Assembly (NCBI GenBank): GCA_951804945.1
Contig: OX638159.1
Coordinates: forward strand, 38,130,001 to 38,194,000
Reading direction: 5' to 3'
DNA from: Podarcis cretensis
Lineage: Eukaryota
Length of the DNA stretch: 64,000 nucleotides
The notes beneath the pieces were generated by a model. The model was not told the origin of the DNA and made no database searches. It saw nothing but the letters and a program-made list of their open reading frames with translations. Of this stretch, positions 21,856 through 35,956 are shown piece after piece; within the stretch, counting starts at the first letter, position 1, and each line of letters begins with the position of its first letter. A program made the translations under genes and the position numbers.

Positions 21856-24800
21856 CCAGTTTGGGATTTTAAAAAGCCAGGCTTCCTCCCCTCTCTTGTG
21901 TGAAGGAAAGGGACACCTGCATGCCCCCATCAAAACACCCATGGGATGCTGCCTTTGGAAGGAGTTCTGCATACTCTGAAACAACAAGGGGGGCCTGCTC
22001 CCACAGAGAAGCAAACCTTGATGCAAACCTCTCTTTGTTTGCTTCCAGCTTTTATGAGCCTCCAGGTGCTGATACTCCAGGCTTGGTATGGAATGGGAGA
22101 AAGAAACTCCAGTGACCACCAAAGATGCTGCCTTTGAGCCAGAGAACCACTGAAACAATCTCCTTCAACAAGCCATTGTCTTCTTTTATGACTGGGATGT
22201 TGATTCTTAATTTAGTATCCAAATCTTAATCTTTTCCACCACTTAGTAGCACAAGTTTTTATCCCCACAGATAATATACTTAGAATAACAAATCAAGTTG
22301 CACTTCTTTTCTAATAAGAACTGAGATTCTGTGCATGTGACAGGTTTTTTAAAAAAAACAATTTTGATTTCAGCAAGCCTTTCTAAACTACAAGAACACC
22401 TACCGAGTCTAGATGCATACAGATTTGATTTTAGCATATTTAGAGTAAAGTAATGTTCAACACAGCTACCCTGACAAAACTATTGTGGCATTAGGTAATC
22501 TTCTGTTCTAGTCCTTTGCAATACTAGTGCCATTTTTAATCAGGAAGTGGAAGACTCCATTTTGAAAACTCGGTATTTTTCCATAATACCTTCTTCATTA
22601 ACTTGAAGGTAGGAGGAGCCCATATTATGTCTTCAGCTTTTAAAAGATACCAGAATTGGCACAGGTAGCTCTGGTTGTATTTTTACTACGTATGCGTTTC
22701 AGTGTCAACCAGCAAGCAGTTGCTGAGAGACAGCTGTGGGTTTTCAGTGTGTTTAAAAGGAAAATGAAAACTATAGTTCTGTTCCTAAACAGAAGGCACA
22801 CACATCTGGTTTAAATGCATTCTTGCTATACCAGAACAAAACAGTGCAAGAGAAATTTCCATAGCTGATAGTGCTTAGCATTAAGGAGCTACCAGGCCTA
22901 CTGCTATAATCAGCTTTAGGAGGCTCCAGTGCTTCTGTTATCTTCACAGCATTTATTTTAGATTTATTTTTCAAGTGCTTATCTGAAGCTCTTTATTTCT
23001 CAAGAACTGGTGCCTAGCATTATAGCTCTTAAAAGGTCAAGTTCAGCATTATTACATGGAAAAAAGACTACTGTATCCATGTAGTTTACAATCTGCTAGC
23101 TTTTCAGTATGAGAGTTTTATTTAAAATTTGTATTTTAAAAGCTTTATATTTTATATTTATAAACATTTTGCTAAAAAACTTAGCTTACTCTGACTAACT
23201 TAAATGGTAAAATTCTACAACTTCAAAAGGCAATATAGAGACAAAACCCCATGTGTACATCCTTGTCTTCGCCAAGAATCAAATCACCTTTCCTTAGTAG
23301 GAATCACGGAAATTCCAGAATCGGATGTATTATTTTAGAGAAGACAACACACCAGATTTAGAATACAACTGAATGAAGTCAAGTTGCATGCGTCACTATG
23401 CAAATGTACATTTGATGTATAATTCTAGTCTGGGTTTTTTATTTTTAAATATATAGTAGATAGTACCAGTAGATCAGGTAGGCAAGCTAAATAAAAAAAA
23501 ATTCTTAAATTTTACAATTAATGTTTGAACTTGTTTACTAATAGAGGCAACAATCCTGAAGTAACCTAGTGAGCTTCTCTATGCTTCAGAGTTTTCTACA
23601 GGTTACTTCCTATAATAAGACAGAGTTGTCAGAGCAAAACTACAAGATACACTTTTTTCTTTTCTTTTTTTCTAACTGAAAAGGAGTCTTGGGACTTGCC
23701 ATGAAAAGCAGAACACCTGCTGCTTAGCAGTGTCCTTTCTGTGGTTTCTATTTTTCTCCCCACAGAGGGATCCAAAAAGACCTATAGACTGGGCTGGCTC
23801 ATTTAACTGAATCACCCTTCATGCAAAAAGAATCCCGTGCACATAGAAAGTTATCATAGGGAAGGTTCTAGGCTAGGCTTTGCCTAAGACAAAGTACATT
23901 CTGGGGGGCCTGGTGTATACTTCCCCTAAAACAAAATACCACAATCACTTATTGCTTTAGGGATGACATCCAGCTGGTCTTGCTCAGGCAATCACTAATC
24001 CTATAGTAATGAGCAGGATCTCCAACTCAATACCCTTAGTACCTCTTTACATTATGCACCTACAATGGAATTAAAAGATAAGCTGGGGTGTCTGTCTGAG
24101 AGTGTTCCTTTGTGAGCATGTGTTGGAAGGGTTTTTCACCCCCTGCCAACTGTTTCCAAGGACCTATGTGTGTGCCTGTATCCATCATTCTAGCCCCTAC
24201 CAAGCATTGCTAATTTTCATGAGTCCCCACTTGCTATATAATATAATCATATATAGTGTTCAGATTTCCACCTATTGACCAAGTGAAGACGCCTGGGCAC
24301 CAGGATAGCACCTGACATCTCCACTATCTGGAGGTGCTTGCTTGGGGATCCTCGGATCTTGACTGTTTTCACAGACTAATGCCTCATCCTGTAGAATTCT
24401 ATCAGTTACATTTTATCTGCACAATCAGGATGAATTTCAGGAACCAAAATGCTTTTTCTATGCAGCCTGAGCAGGAGCACTGGACAATGTTATAGTTAAT
24501 TGTTGTAGCTTCTTTTCACTTACCCCACCCCACTTTCCTGCTCACAGTTGTGAAGAATATTTTTATATTATGAATGGTCTGAATCACCATTAAGAGGTAG
24601 GAATAGGCCATTCTATATGTGGACTGTCCCTGGATCAAGTGACTTTTCTTAAATTCTCGAAGGTTGTTATACAACTAGCTCAAGGTTGTCAGCTGAACTA
24701 GCCAGATGTTTAACTGATAATCAGTCACAGTTAGTCCATCTTTTGAAATATAAGACTTTAAAGCAATCTTGTCCAAAAATAGCAACTAGACATTCTGTTC

Positions 24801-25443
24801 TGGCGAGTGTAAACTTGGTTTAGGGAGCCATTTGGCACCTATACAGTATATCTGAGTTTCTAACACTGCTCTTATAGCATACAAAAAGTGCTTTACTGTT
24901 AGCCTAATAAGTCTGAACAAGATATTTAATATTAGAGAGAAGAGTGGTAAATGATAGCAAGTTATACTCAAGGCTAAAAGAAAGAACTTTAACCCAGGCA
25001 ACTTGCATCCATCATCCCATCTACAACACCACACCAGTAATCTCAATTTAAATTAATGAAATTCACCAGTATGAAAACTGGTGTCAAGCATATTCCATTG
25101 CAGCTTATCCAAAGGATCACTAAAAACATGTGGTTTTGCGTATATTTAGCAATGACCATTACAAATAGTTTGGGAATGCCACAGTGGCTTTAACCAGCAT
25201 TGACAGTAGCAGAGTTATATCCACGTGTTCCAAATGGACAGTTCTGTTATGCCAAAGGACATTATCAGAGCTAAGTCTTGGTCATTCAAGTGAGAAAAGG
25301 GAGGAATTCAATGTCAAACTATGACAGATGATCTGCCATCTTCTCCCACTCATGCGCTGTTCCGGGGCCACAGGGAAATGTGATGGGGCAACCCTGTTAC
25401 ACTAGCTGGACTTGTGCTGGCTCCCATTAGGGTGTCAGGATTC

Positions 25444-25816
25444 TGTCAGCAGCTCCCGGCTGGTTGCCCAGGAAAGTATAAAGACAAGGAAAAGTTTCTT
25501 ACCCTCTGATTTTATTTCAATCTTTACAGAGAGAGGCTATAGAACCCAGCCTCTTGGATAATGGCGTTGTCCCGAGTGAATCGCCACCCCTCCCCGTCTC
25601 TTCCACTTCCACATTCATCATTCTCATCGTCTCCTCTACAGGTGCTGCAACATGCCCTCTGTCTTCGAGCTCTTAGCTCTCCTACTTTTAAGGCTTGCTG
25701 GGTTCTGGGAGATTGAGGGTCTGGAATGCTTTCTGATGACAATGTGTCAGCTGGGTGTTGTATTCTAGACAACAGTCTCCTATCAGTATTCTAGATAACC
25801 TACTACGGCAGGAACA
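25444..25816 (-). mobile_element. Possible solo LTR
   Basis: TG...CA ends, AATAAA on the minus strand near 25510, composition distinct from the flanks; no clean TSD. Confidence 0.3.
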
Positions 25817-28685
25817 TATTAATTGTGCTTCCCCTCCCCCCCCAAAGAAGCTCTACAAGTTTATAGTAACAACTGAGTATAGACATTTCATGTGAAAGAA
25901 TCTTCCACACTGTTTAAAAAGGAAAGAGCAGGTTCCCTACGGCAACCATAATACAGTTTGACTTGGGACCACATGTCAAAACCTGGACACTAAATTAGTT
26001 TGATACAATTTGGTACTTTGCAATAAATTGTGCAACTGTTTTACTGCACATTCAGTACGCAACTCATCATCTATGTTACCATGCAAAAGACATCTTTAAG
26101 TGGTAGGACATGAATAACAATAAGAAATTACAATTTATTCACAACAAGGTGAATTCAAGACATATCAACATGTCAGTTTAATCATGTGAATTGGCTCTGC
26201 ATGACCTTGCTGCCAAGAGCAATTTGTATATATTTCATGTACAGCATGTCTATGCAAAAGGCCTGACAATCTGGCAGTGCCGTATTCTATCAAACAGAAG
26301 ATTCCAGGACATGGTCTGTGTTCAACAACTCCAAGACTATGACTACCTCTTCCATGCTTCTGCTCTCAGGCAGGAGAATAATGCAGGAAGGTTTGTAAGT
26401 ACTCAGTACATCGTAAATCAGGATTGCTGTGACATGAGATAACCTGGCAACTGACACAGCTTCAAGTGCAAAGCAACTGCTCTACGAACTGAATCATGTG
26501 ACTGGGTTGTGCATCAGCAACACAAAGCAACTCTGCGGTGTGCCCAGGAGGAAGCACACAAATATTGCCTCTGCAAGAGAGGTGCACAGCTCCCATGACA
26601 CTGCTAGCAGATGTAGTCTTCATTACTTCAACAGTGTCTTCTTCCATTTTCTATCTGCATAGATCTATTTAGACAGTAACTTTTATGATGCCAGAGTGTG
26701 GCATCTTTAATAGCACATAATGATTAACATCAAACTCACTAAACATCCACTCTAAAATTTCACAGTAGCAATGGTAATGGCATTTCATGCCTCTTCCCAG
26801 GCATGACTCTTCAAGTCAAAAGTGTGTCAGACTTAACCCATATGCTTCTGAAGCATTAGGGAGAGGCAGCGAAGCGAAAGGGTTCCTGAATCGACACAAA
26901 ATCTGTCCCTTTGTTCTACTAGTGGAACCTTAATTCTAATCTTCAACTGGCAGAGTAGCAGCAGGTGTGATGGTGTTCTCTGCGAGAGCACCAATACCAT
27001 GAAGAACATGATGGAACACATTGTCTACACTTAAGGGCCTGCCTCTCCATCACCAGCACAATCTCTTACCAGTTTTAGTAACGTAGAACAGGGGATTTAG
27101 AGGCACTGTTAACAGCAAGTAAAACTGAAGTGAATGGCTGTGTCTCAGCCACCTAGCAGAGGAGGCCACTATATTAAATATCCCACTCTATTCCATGGGC
27201 TCAGGGCAGCTTAGAACACTTTCTCAATGCTAACAGTTCTGCCTCCAAGGAGCTCATAACAGAATAGTTTTCTGACAACATTATATTAAACCAGGGACGG
27301 TTTGTCTTATGTGCAAAGTGGGGCATAGCTCTGCCAAGATTCTGGACCCCTCTCCAAACCTCCAAAGCCATGGTCCAGTCTTTGACCTGTCACTCACAAT
27401 AATATCAATACATTTCCAGTGACTGAGATGATTCTGTCCGTCTTTTCTGCTTAGCCTGTCATAAAAATCATTAGCAGTAGATCCCGCTGTCTCCAAGGGA
27501 AGGAAACAGTTAAAACAGTTAAAAACAGCAACCCAAGCATAGAGAAAGCAAGGGAGGTTTCTCTTTCTCAGAAACCACCCTGGAGGCAAAATTTAAACAA
27601 AATTTAATCTCTCTAAGCCCCTGAAGGTGAAATCCAATGGGGAGGTTTCTGCAATAGACCCAAGTTGTTTGCTTCTTTGAGTGTGCACAGTTTCATTTAT
27701 TGCTTCCCTCCCTCCCTCAATATGCTTGCATGTGAGAAAGAGAGGAAGAAGGATTTTGTCCAGGCACATTGAGTGAGGTGGGGTGTGTGTCTTTTTTGTA
27801 AACCCTTTGCTTTTACTTTAGAAATTCCTGAGAAAATTAATGGAAGAACCCAGATTTCTCTTTTGCTGAAATGGTTGTGAGAAAAGGTGGACATTTGCTT
27901 ATACAGGCACCTGACCCCCTTGTGTGCAATTGGCATGTCCATGATCGCTGATGCACACACCATTTTTGGTGCTGCAAGGGGGCGGGGCAGTTTTCTATTA
28001 TACTGTGATTTATAGAGGTACTGCAAGTGTACAGGTTCAGTGGTAAGACTGCTGGGCTAGGGGCCTGGGAAGCCTGGGTTCAAAACCTCACTTAGCCATG
28101 AAGCTAGGATAATTGCTATGATTTTATTTTGGTGAACAATGTACGCTGCTTGAAATCCTCTATCCACTTACATAAGATTATTGAGCGCTTCTTTTAACCG
28201 AACAGGGAAACAAGCCACAGAGTGGTTGATTTAGCATTACAACAGGTGGGCTGCCCTGCCTACCTGCCAAATTTGGCCTCCCAGGGGTGTGGGAAATAAA
28301 CATCTGGCCATCCAACCAAAAAGTTTCTCCACCCCTGCTTTACACCACACATAATAACAAAATGTGATTATGACCATAAGTTGATGAAGAATTGTTCCAA
28401 CCATAGCTATTGGCCATAATGGCTATGTGGAATCACCTGGCAAGGGCTATTCTCTTCAGGCCATCATTGTAGAGGCATACGATTCGTCACTGTGGGAAGC
28501 AGAATGCTGTACTAAATGAATGACTGGTCCAATCCACATGGGTACTGTACTTGAGATTGCAAATATATTTGTTTGTGTGGTTTAAATGCAACAAATGAAT
28601 ATGACAAAATTCTGCTGAAAGATTTTAAAATCATATAATGAACTCTACAGTGGTTTCCCATGCTTCCATTCCAAGGATAATCATA

Positions 28686-28927
28686 CAGTGGTACCTCGGT
28701 TTTTGAACGTAATCCATTCCAGAAGACTGTTCTGAGTTCTGAAACGTTTGAAAACCAAAAATTCAATAGCCTATAGCGAGGCCTCAGGATCTCACACTCA
28801 GTGGAAGCCATGTGGCATGTTCGACTTCTCAGGTGTGTTCAAAAACTGAAACATTTACTTTCGGGTTTACGGTGTTAAAAACCGAAATGTTCATCAACGG
28901 AGACGTTCAAAAACCAAGGTACCACTG
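28686..28927. mobile_element. Tc1/mariner (Tigger-like) MITE, family B
   Basis: TA|CAGTGGTACCTCGGTTTTTGAACGT ... ACGTTCAAAAACCAAGGTACCACTG|TA. Confidence 0.88.
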
Positions 28928-29029
28928 TAATCTGAAATAATCTAAAACTGATACAATGTAATCTACCCTGCCAGTCTCAACTGCCTTTGTTGTTCTGTTC
29001 TTCTGAACCACCATTTCTTCTCTGTTGTT

Positions 29030-29945
29030 GTTAATAATATTAATATTAATTAATTTATATCCTGTCCTTTCTCCCAAAGGAACCCAGGGAGGCAAACACA
29101 CAAACGATGACACATCTAACGCATCTCCAATACAGATGCAAACTAGGAAAGATCACTACTTAAAAGGTTATTGGAAGAAGGTTTTCAGTATGCGCTGAAA
29201 AGGCAACAGAGATGGTTCCTGTCTAATATTTAACAGGAGGGAATTCCAAAGGGTAGGTGCCACAACACTAAAGGCTAGATGCCTATATTTTACAGAACTG
29301 ATCTCCTGATAAGATGCATCTGTAAGTAGGCCCTCTCCTGCAAAGCACAATAATTGACTGAATATATGAGCAGCGAGACAATCTTTCAGGTATCCTGGTC
29401 CAAGCTGTATAGGGCTCTACATATCAAAACTACCACTTTGAACTTAGTCTGGTAGCTACAGTGCAATTCTTTCAGCAGTGGTGTAATATGGTGGTGATAT
29501 ACCCTACTCTGGGGAAAAGTTGAGCTGCCACATTTAACACTAGCTGCAGCCTCTGAACAAACGTCAAAGGCAGTCCTACATACAGCACAGTTCAGTAATC
29601 CAACCTGGAGCTTATCAGTGTATGGATGACAATGGTTAGGCCATCCAGTTCAAAAATGTCAGCAGCTGTCTAACCAGCTAAAGCTGGTAAAAGGCGCTTT
29701 TAGCCACTGAGGTCAGCTGGACCTCTAGTAACAAAGATGGATCCAGGAACATTCCCTGACTACAAGCCTGCTCTATGAGGGGAGCCCACTCTTTCCAAAG
29801 CAGGCAACTGACTAATTGTCTGGACAGCTGTCATGGTTAAGAGTCAGTTTATTGGCCCTCAACAGCCCACCACAGAGTCCAGGCATCAAACCAGGGCTTT
29901 CATGGCATTTCCTGATTCATATGTTACATTTAGAGCTGGGTATCA
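29030..29945 (-). mobile_element. Degraded L2-clade LINE, 3' portion
   Basis: Minus-strand peptide AFSVVAPTLWNSLLLNIRQEPSLLPFQRILKTFF is typical of the L2 ORF2 C-terminus; AT-rich tail at ~29030-29055; related fragments at ~10340-10380 and ~62890-63080. Confidence 0.75.
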
Positions 29946-31864
29946 TCATCATCATCATTTAATTATTTATTGCTTGCCCTTCACCCTAAGACCCCGATGA
30001 CACCTTACTCCATATTACTGTTTGTCAATACAATCAATACGAAGCGTGTTGTACATACAACTTACACCATTTCCTCCCTCAAAGCAGCCCTGAGAAATAG
30101 AGAACGGGTGACTCAGGATCATGAAGTAGCCTTTATGCCCAAGAAGGAATTTGAACAATCTCTCCACAGTAAACTCTAGAACTAATCATTCTGCAACATT
30201 GCTTCTTGGGTCTGGAATTCCACCCCAGAACACCTATGCCAAATCCCCCTTTAATGAAGCCACTGCTTAGTCCTCAATTTCCATCCCCAACTCCCACCAT
30301 GCATTTGCAAACACCCACCTGCCCCTGCCCTTGCCTCTCTGAGCACTCCTTCCTTCTGTTATTTTCTCTCTACCAGACTTTACACTTTAGATGCATAGGG
30401 AAAGGGGGACTACTTGCCTTTGGGACAGGACAGATATTTCAAATAAGAGGTTCAAGTAAATGGGAGTGCTATTTACAAAGGATTATGCACTCAGAATGCC
30501 ACCTAGATAACTGAAGTTTCAGATAATTTAATACTACGTATGAATGGAACAACAAGAGAGACAAACATCTGATAACAGTTAGAATAATTTCACATGCCAA
30601 ACCATGCTGCTCATGCTTGCTTTTGAAGAAAACAAGTCCTTTTTCTGCACATGTCAGTACTAAATTATAACTATCTAGTCTAGGTCTGCAACTAAGAATT
30701 TTTCAGGAATCTATGAAAAGAAGAGATTTAAAACTGCAATAATTTGCCAGTCTTCAACATCATTCTGTCTCTAAGGCAATAAATAGTTGCATTTTTTTGC
30801 CACTACACCTGTGATTTAAGTACATGTCAATAGAGATACCTCCTAGTAAGTTATGGGTTACATTTAATAAACTATAGGTCAGATTGTCATTTTTCACATG
30901 CTAACTCAATGTGGGCAAAGAGGGAAGCAGTAACAATGTCACAAACATATGCAGGCAAACCATGCGCTTGGCTGCGCATCTTTATCATCACCTTGTAAGA
31001 AGAAAGGGCCATGGTAGTAATGATAGCTCTCCTTGTGTTTAAAAATAATACTCCCACAATCACATAGAAAAGAGGGATGGGTTTTAAGAAGAAAAAGGGG
31101 CCGAAACAGTCCCTAATTCCAAGCACATTTTTGTCCAACTGAGTATTGTCATTTCTGGTACAGACGTCTAGCCAAGGAAAACAGTACTTGAGGAAGAGAT
31201 GCTGCAGGAAGCAAAGTACAGAGCTCAGTGCTCCACACTAATGCACACTTAAGCCACAACCCTATCTCAGGCTCCCCTACCTCAAAAAGTAGCCTATAAA
31301 TACTTAAAAACAACAACAAATATGCAATTGGAGCAGTTCTGGGTTTTAAACTCAAGTAGGAGCCACCATCACATATAGTCTGGCCTTTTTGGTAACATGA
31401 TTTTAGAGCTTTCATTAATATACTCTGTAGAAACATGAAATGTTAGCCAGCAGTGTTATGTCTGTAGCAGCTGGCTATCATATATACCTGAGTCAAAATT
31501 AGAGTAACCCAATGACTGATGGGAATGCAGCCAGGTGCCAAAAAGGCTTAGGAAAAATTCAACACACAACTTGTTGTGGATATCTGCTTCCATTTGTATT
31601 GGGCTTTTTATACATACAGTCTATGGAAGATTCTCTAGATGATCAAGCCTGCTCATTATAGCTTTTGCATAAGAGTAGATAAAAACAACCACCATTCCAT
31701 GACTATGAGTATTATACACTCCAGCAGTTGCTGATCTTTGGCAAGCCATACAGGTTCAACAAAGGTTCTGTTTTGGGTTTTTTAAAAAAACATATTATAC
31801 CAGTCTATACTATTGTTATTTTCAAAGGGTTATGCACTCACAGAATGCCATCAAGATAACAGAA

Positions 31865-33098
31865 GGGTCATTCCATATCAAGTGATCCATCTTTTTTACC
31901 TCATGTCACCTGATTTTCTTAATATTTTGTACACTTGTTGGATGATCAAAACTAAGTTTAAATCTAAAATTTTAATTTTTCCTCTCATCCTGTTTTTGAG
32001 TTATGACGGTTTGAAATTTCAAAAAATTGACAATTTTGGCCTTGCTGACTACACAAAAACCTTTAAAGCTCAGCCCAGGATTGAGATGCATCAAAACTAA
32101 AAACACCAATCTTTTCAGAACTTTGTGGGCTTTAACAGGATATGTCACATGGTGGACTTACTTAAAAATGTAAATTTTAAATTTAAGTTGCAAAATTTAA
32201 AAAGTGATAAAAATATGATTAAAAGTTTCCAAAAAACTGTGTTCATTGTTTAATATTTCTAATAGCTATCTGTAAAATTTTATCTTGGGATCTCAATGGG
32301 ATCTGTCTGCCTTATACATGTCTGCATTATTGGCTTCTATTTAGGATAAATTGGTCTTCTTGGAGGAAATATATAACAAAATAAATAAGACTTCAACTAT
32401 AACATTAGTCGTTGCAGACATTTCTTTAGAAAGTTATCAATTAAAAGGTGTCTGGAAAGCCAGTCAAGGTTTTCTTTTAAAAATGTATTCCAAAGCAGAT
32501 TGATAGCTTGCTGTTGCATGATAGAATTAACACTTGGAAAGAATTCTTGTTAGTACTTCATCTTGTGACCATTACAACAAAATGCATATCAAACAAAATT
32601 ATGGGGAAAATGTGTAAGAACGTCACAGTTGCTTCTTCACTTTTATAGTCCACCAACAGCACATGGGTCAACAACCACGTTAGCTTGTATTCACAGGTCG
32701 CATACCCAGTTATCTCAGCCATATCCAGAGATTTTGTACCTCCTTCAATGTCAAACTTCTCCCTCTCATTGCTAAAGAAGTACCATACACCTTGGTCACA
32801 ATTTCTGTTGGACTGGATGTAGCAATGAAATCCTTGTGTTCCCCCTTGATCACTTTCACTCTTTTTGTCATTTTAGGAGCATTTCTTCTTTTCTGCACTC
32901 CTCATTTGTTGAAAATAAGAACTAGATAGAAAGGATGTTATCTTGGCACCAGTTAAACAGTTCCAGCAGTGTCATAATGTTGTTTGAGATTTATTTTGTT
33001 GCTAAACTTAGTTTTGATCATTCAACAAGTGTACAAAATCCTAAGAAAATTGGATGACATGAGGTAAAAAAGTTGGACCACGTGATATGGAATGATCA
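31865..33098 (-). mobile_element. Internally deleted DNA transposon, Sola2-like
   Basis: 96-bp TIRs (31865-31960 and 33003-33098, ~11 mismatches), GGG 5' terminus, 4-bp TSD AGAA (31861-31864, 33099-33102); minus-strand remnant EITGYATCEYKLTWLLTHVLLVDYKSEEATVTFLH. Confidence 0.7.
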
Positions 33099-34958
33099 AG
33101 AAGTTTCAGTTAATTTATGGATATGTATGGACAGAATGACAAAAGAGGAAAAACATCTGACAAGGATTTGAGATGTCAAAACATACTCCCCAAAACTAGT
33201 CTGGCCCACCTTTCCAGTAAATACTTCCATTATCCCCGACAACTGGCCATGCTATCTTGAGTTATGAGAGAGCTGGAGTTCAACAAAGTCTAAAGTGAAC
33301 CAGGTTGGGGAAGTATTGGCAAATCTACAGAACATGAGGGGAAAACTTTTCACATGGGTGGCTAAGGCAAGTAGCAGACAGAAAACAAATTACCTGAATG
33401 CTACACAGAGGCATTTTGGAATGGGCAGTTTTAACAAAACTTAAGATCAGGGAGCTATATTGCCTGCATGTAGATGCAAATGTTTGCTTCTAGGTGTATC
33501 CAACCAACTAACAACTTCCTAAGGAATATCTGTAAAGCTTCAAGGTCCTTTGGCAAATGGGAATAATTAGATTTTCTGTGCTTTGTTCTTCAGTACAAAA
33601 CATATGCAGTATGTTGTAAATATCCCACTGATTTCACTGGAATCCACATTCTAATAACTGTGCTGGCAGCATTTAAATGTTACACAAAAAAGCATGTAAG
33701 TGAACACTAGAATCTTTTTGTTGTCCCAAGAAGAGCCATGTTACAGAAGCAGTGGGGTCATCAGGCCTTTTTGCATGCAACATAGATTCAGGCCTTTAGA
33801 TTTAGGATGTAATAGATTACCGTAGGTTCTTCAGGGCCAGAAGCAGGTTTTCTAAAATAAAACACAAACCATTCAATGGCAATACTGAAGCTCAGATCCA
33901 AGTAGACCAAAAGCAAGAGAGAAAGCAAGGCCACAAAATCCCATGAAGTGGAAAAGCCATGGAAATCTACAGGCAAGACTGATTGTCCCCAGCAAGCAAA
34001 GAAAACCTAAGCATGCAGTCTCAGGCTTCAGAAAAGACTGAAGATAGAAAGTTGGCATTCTGCTACTTGGTGCAATCAAGGTACACTAAATCTCAAGTTA
34101 TAGATTAAGCAATATTTTATAGTTATTTCTTCTTACTTTTTAAAAAAACAAATGCCTATGTGGGTAGGTAGGTGCTTAGCCCTTGTTACTCTATTCCCTA
34201 TCCTCTCCATCTCTCTCCCATAGATAAAAAGACAGTTTAGGGAGGGAGTTTGTGAACTGAAAACCAGCAGCTTCTTTCTGCATGCCTTGCTTCCATTGAG
34301 ATGCCCCTGGCTGGTTTAAGGAGAACAAGAAAGGAGAGAAACAAGACAACACACAGTAACTCTAAGAGGAAACAGAAAAAAGGTGTTCATCTACTCTACT
34401 AAGGTCTCTGGCTTCCTAGCAATTACGCTCACTGAACATCAGGGATCTACCGAAGAGAACGTTAAATTATGACTAGCTTAGACCTGTACACAAAATATTA
34501 CACATGCAGATGAATCCTTTCGCTGGTTTCAATCAACCAAAGAAAGGTCTAGCATGGCTTGCAAGCTCATTATGTATACTTGACAGTGAGGAACTTGGAC
34601 CACATCTCCCTAGCCCAAGATATTGCCTGGTCTCCCGAGCTGCCAACTTGAAGACAAAAATAGAGGTGCTGCAAGCTGTATTTGCAGCAACAGAACTTGA
34701 ATTCAGGGGACTTTAGGGCATGGGGTTTCAGGTGCTGGCCCCTCCTTTGCCTTCTTGAAGAAACCATCCAGGACAATTAGTTAATGACCGAGCCCTACAG
34801 ACACCGTAAGCCATAGGAGAACAGAAACTATAAACCATAACAGTACTATTTGTTGCTTTTCACTAGTTAACCATGACATGCACTTTACTATGTAAACTAA
34901 CCACACAAGTGTTATCTTGATACATAAGAAGCATCTAGATTACAGTTCATTTCACACA

Positions 34959-35102
34959 TAGAATCATAGAATTGTGGAGTTAGAAGGGACCACAAGGATC
35001 ATCTAGTCCAACCCCTGCAATGCAGGAATCTTTTGCCCAACGTGGGGCTCAAACCAATGACCCTGAGATTAAGAGTCTCATGCTCTACAAGCTGAGCTAT
35101 CA
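34959..35102 (-). mobile_element. tRNA-Lys(CTT)-derived SINE with CR1-like tail
   Basis: Minus strand TAGCTCAGCTTGTAGAGCATGAGACTCTTAATCTCAGGGTCATTGGTTTGAGCCCCACGTTGGGC followed by ...TTGGACTAGATGATCCTT...TTCTATGATTCTA; partial copy at ~56225-56300. Confidence 0.8.
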
Positions 35103-35951
35103 CATGATCCTTATATTCTTTGGGGGAGGAGAGGGGAATGTGTAAAATAAGAATATTATTAACCAAGGATAGAAAGCAGAATATCATCTTTTAAAAAAAA
35201 AAACCCCAAAAAACTCCATGCACATTCCAGCCAATACAGATTCCACAACTGCAAAAATACACATATGTATACTGTATGCGTTAAGTGGCACTTTCAAAAA
35301 CTCTCATAGCTGTACTGGTGGTTGGCACCATTGACGAAAAGGTAGTACAGTAGTGTTCAAACTACTTTGGAATAGCCATTCACCCAACCCACAAGCTGCT
35401 TAAGGAGCCATTTTCCTCACTTTTGAAAGCAACCAGCAGGGCTAAAAAAAATCCCCAGCATTTTAAAATATTTCGACTAAAGAGGATTTTCTCAGAGTGT
35501 TAACTGCTTGCAGGAAATGAGTGTCTGTATATTATTCCTCTTTCCATTATCTTTCTAGTACTTATGGAAAACAGGATCGCTGATTAAGTGTCAGACCTGG
35601 CTGACCAAACAAGAGCAACAAATGTTTCCTGTTTTATGGCTGATGCATTCCAGTAATATTTAACGTTATCCATATTCAAAGCTGAATAAATAAGTCTCTG
35701 GTTTCATTGCCGTTGTGACATTTCTCAGTGCTGCTAACCAAGAAGCAAGATATTTACTTAGCTATTATGGAAGGTAGTCTTGGTTCCGATTTAAATTCCA
35801 ACATAGTTACCTATTACAGTGCCTCTCTTACAGATAATAGTGGAAATGACGTGGCCTACCTTTAAAAGGCAAGCATTCCAGACTTCATGGACATGTTAAA
35901 GACACCCACTTCCCTCCTTTACAACTCCTAGATTCAGTATGAAATCCTTAC

Positions 35952-35956
35952 CCCAT
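35952..35956 (-). CDS. HOMER1: HOMER1 exon 1 coding portion (ATGGG)
   Basis: Minus strand ...GGTCATC ATGGG|gtaagg at the edge of the CpG island; joins exon 2 to give ATG GGG GAG CAA (MGEQ). Confidence 0.93.

Noticed and set aside
29168-29350. 60-aa ORF as a protein-coding gene
   Set aside because: C-terminal remnant of a decayed L2 LINE ORF2.
35035-35102. Functional tRNA-Lys(CTT) gene
   Set aside because: The 5' acceptor stem is missing, the D and T arms are mutated (GGTTTGAG), and it is fused to a CR1 tail; it is a SINE head.
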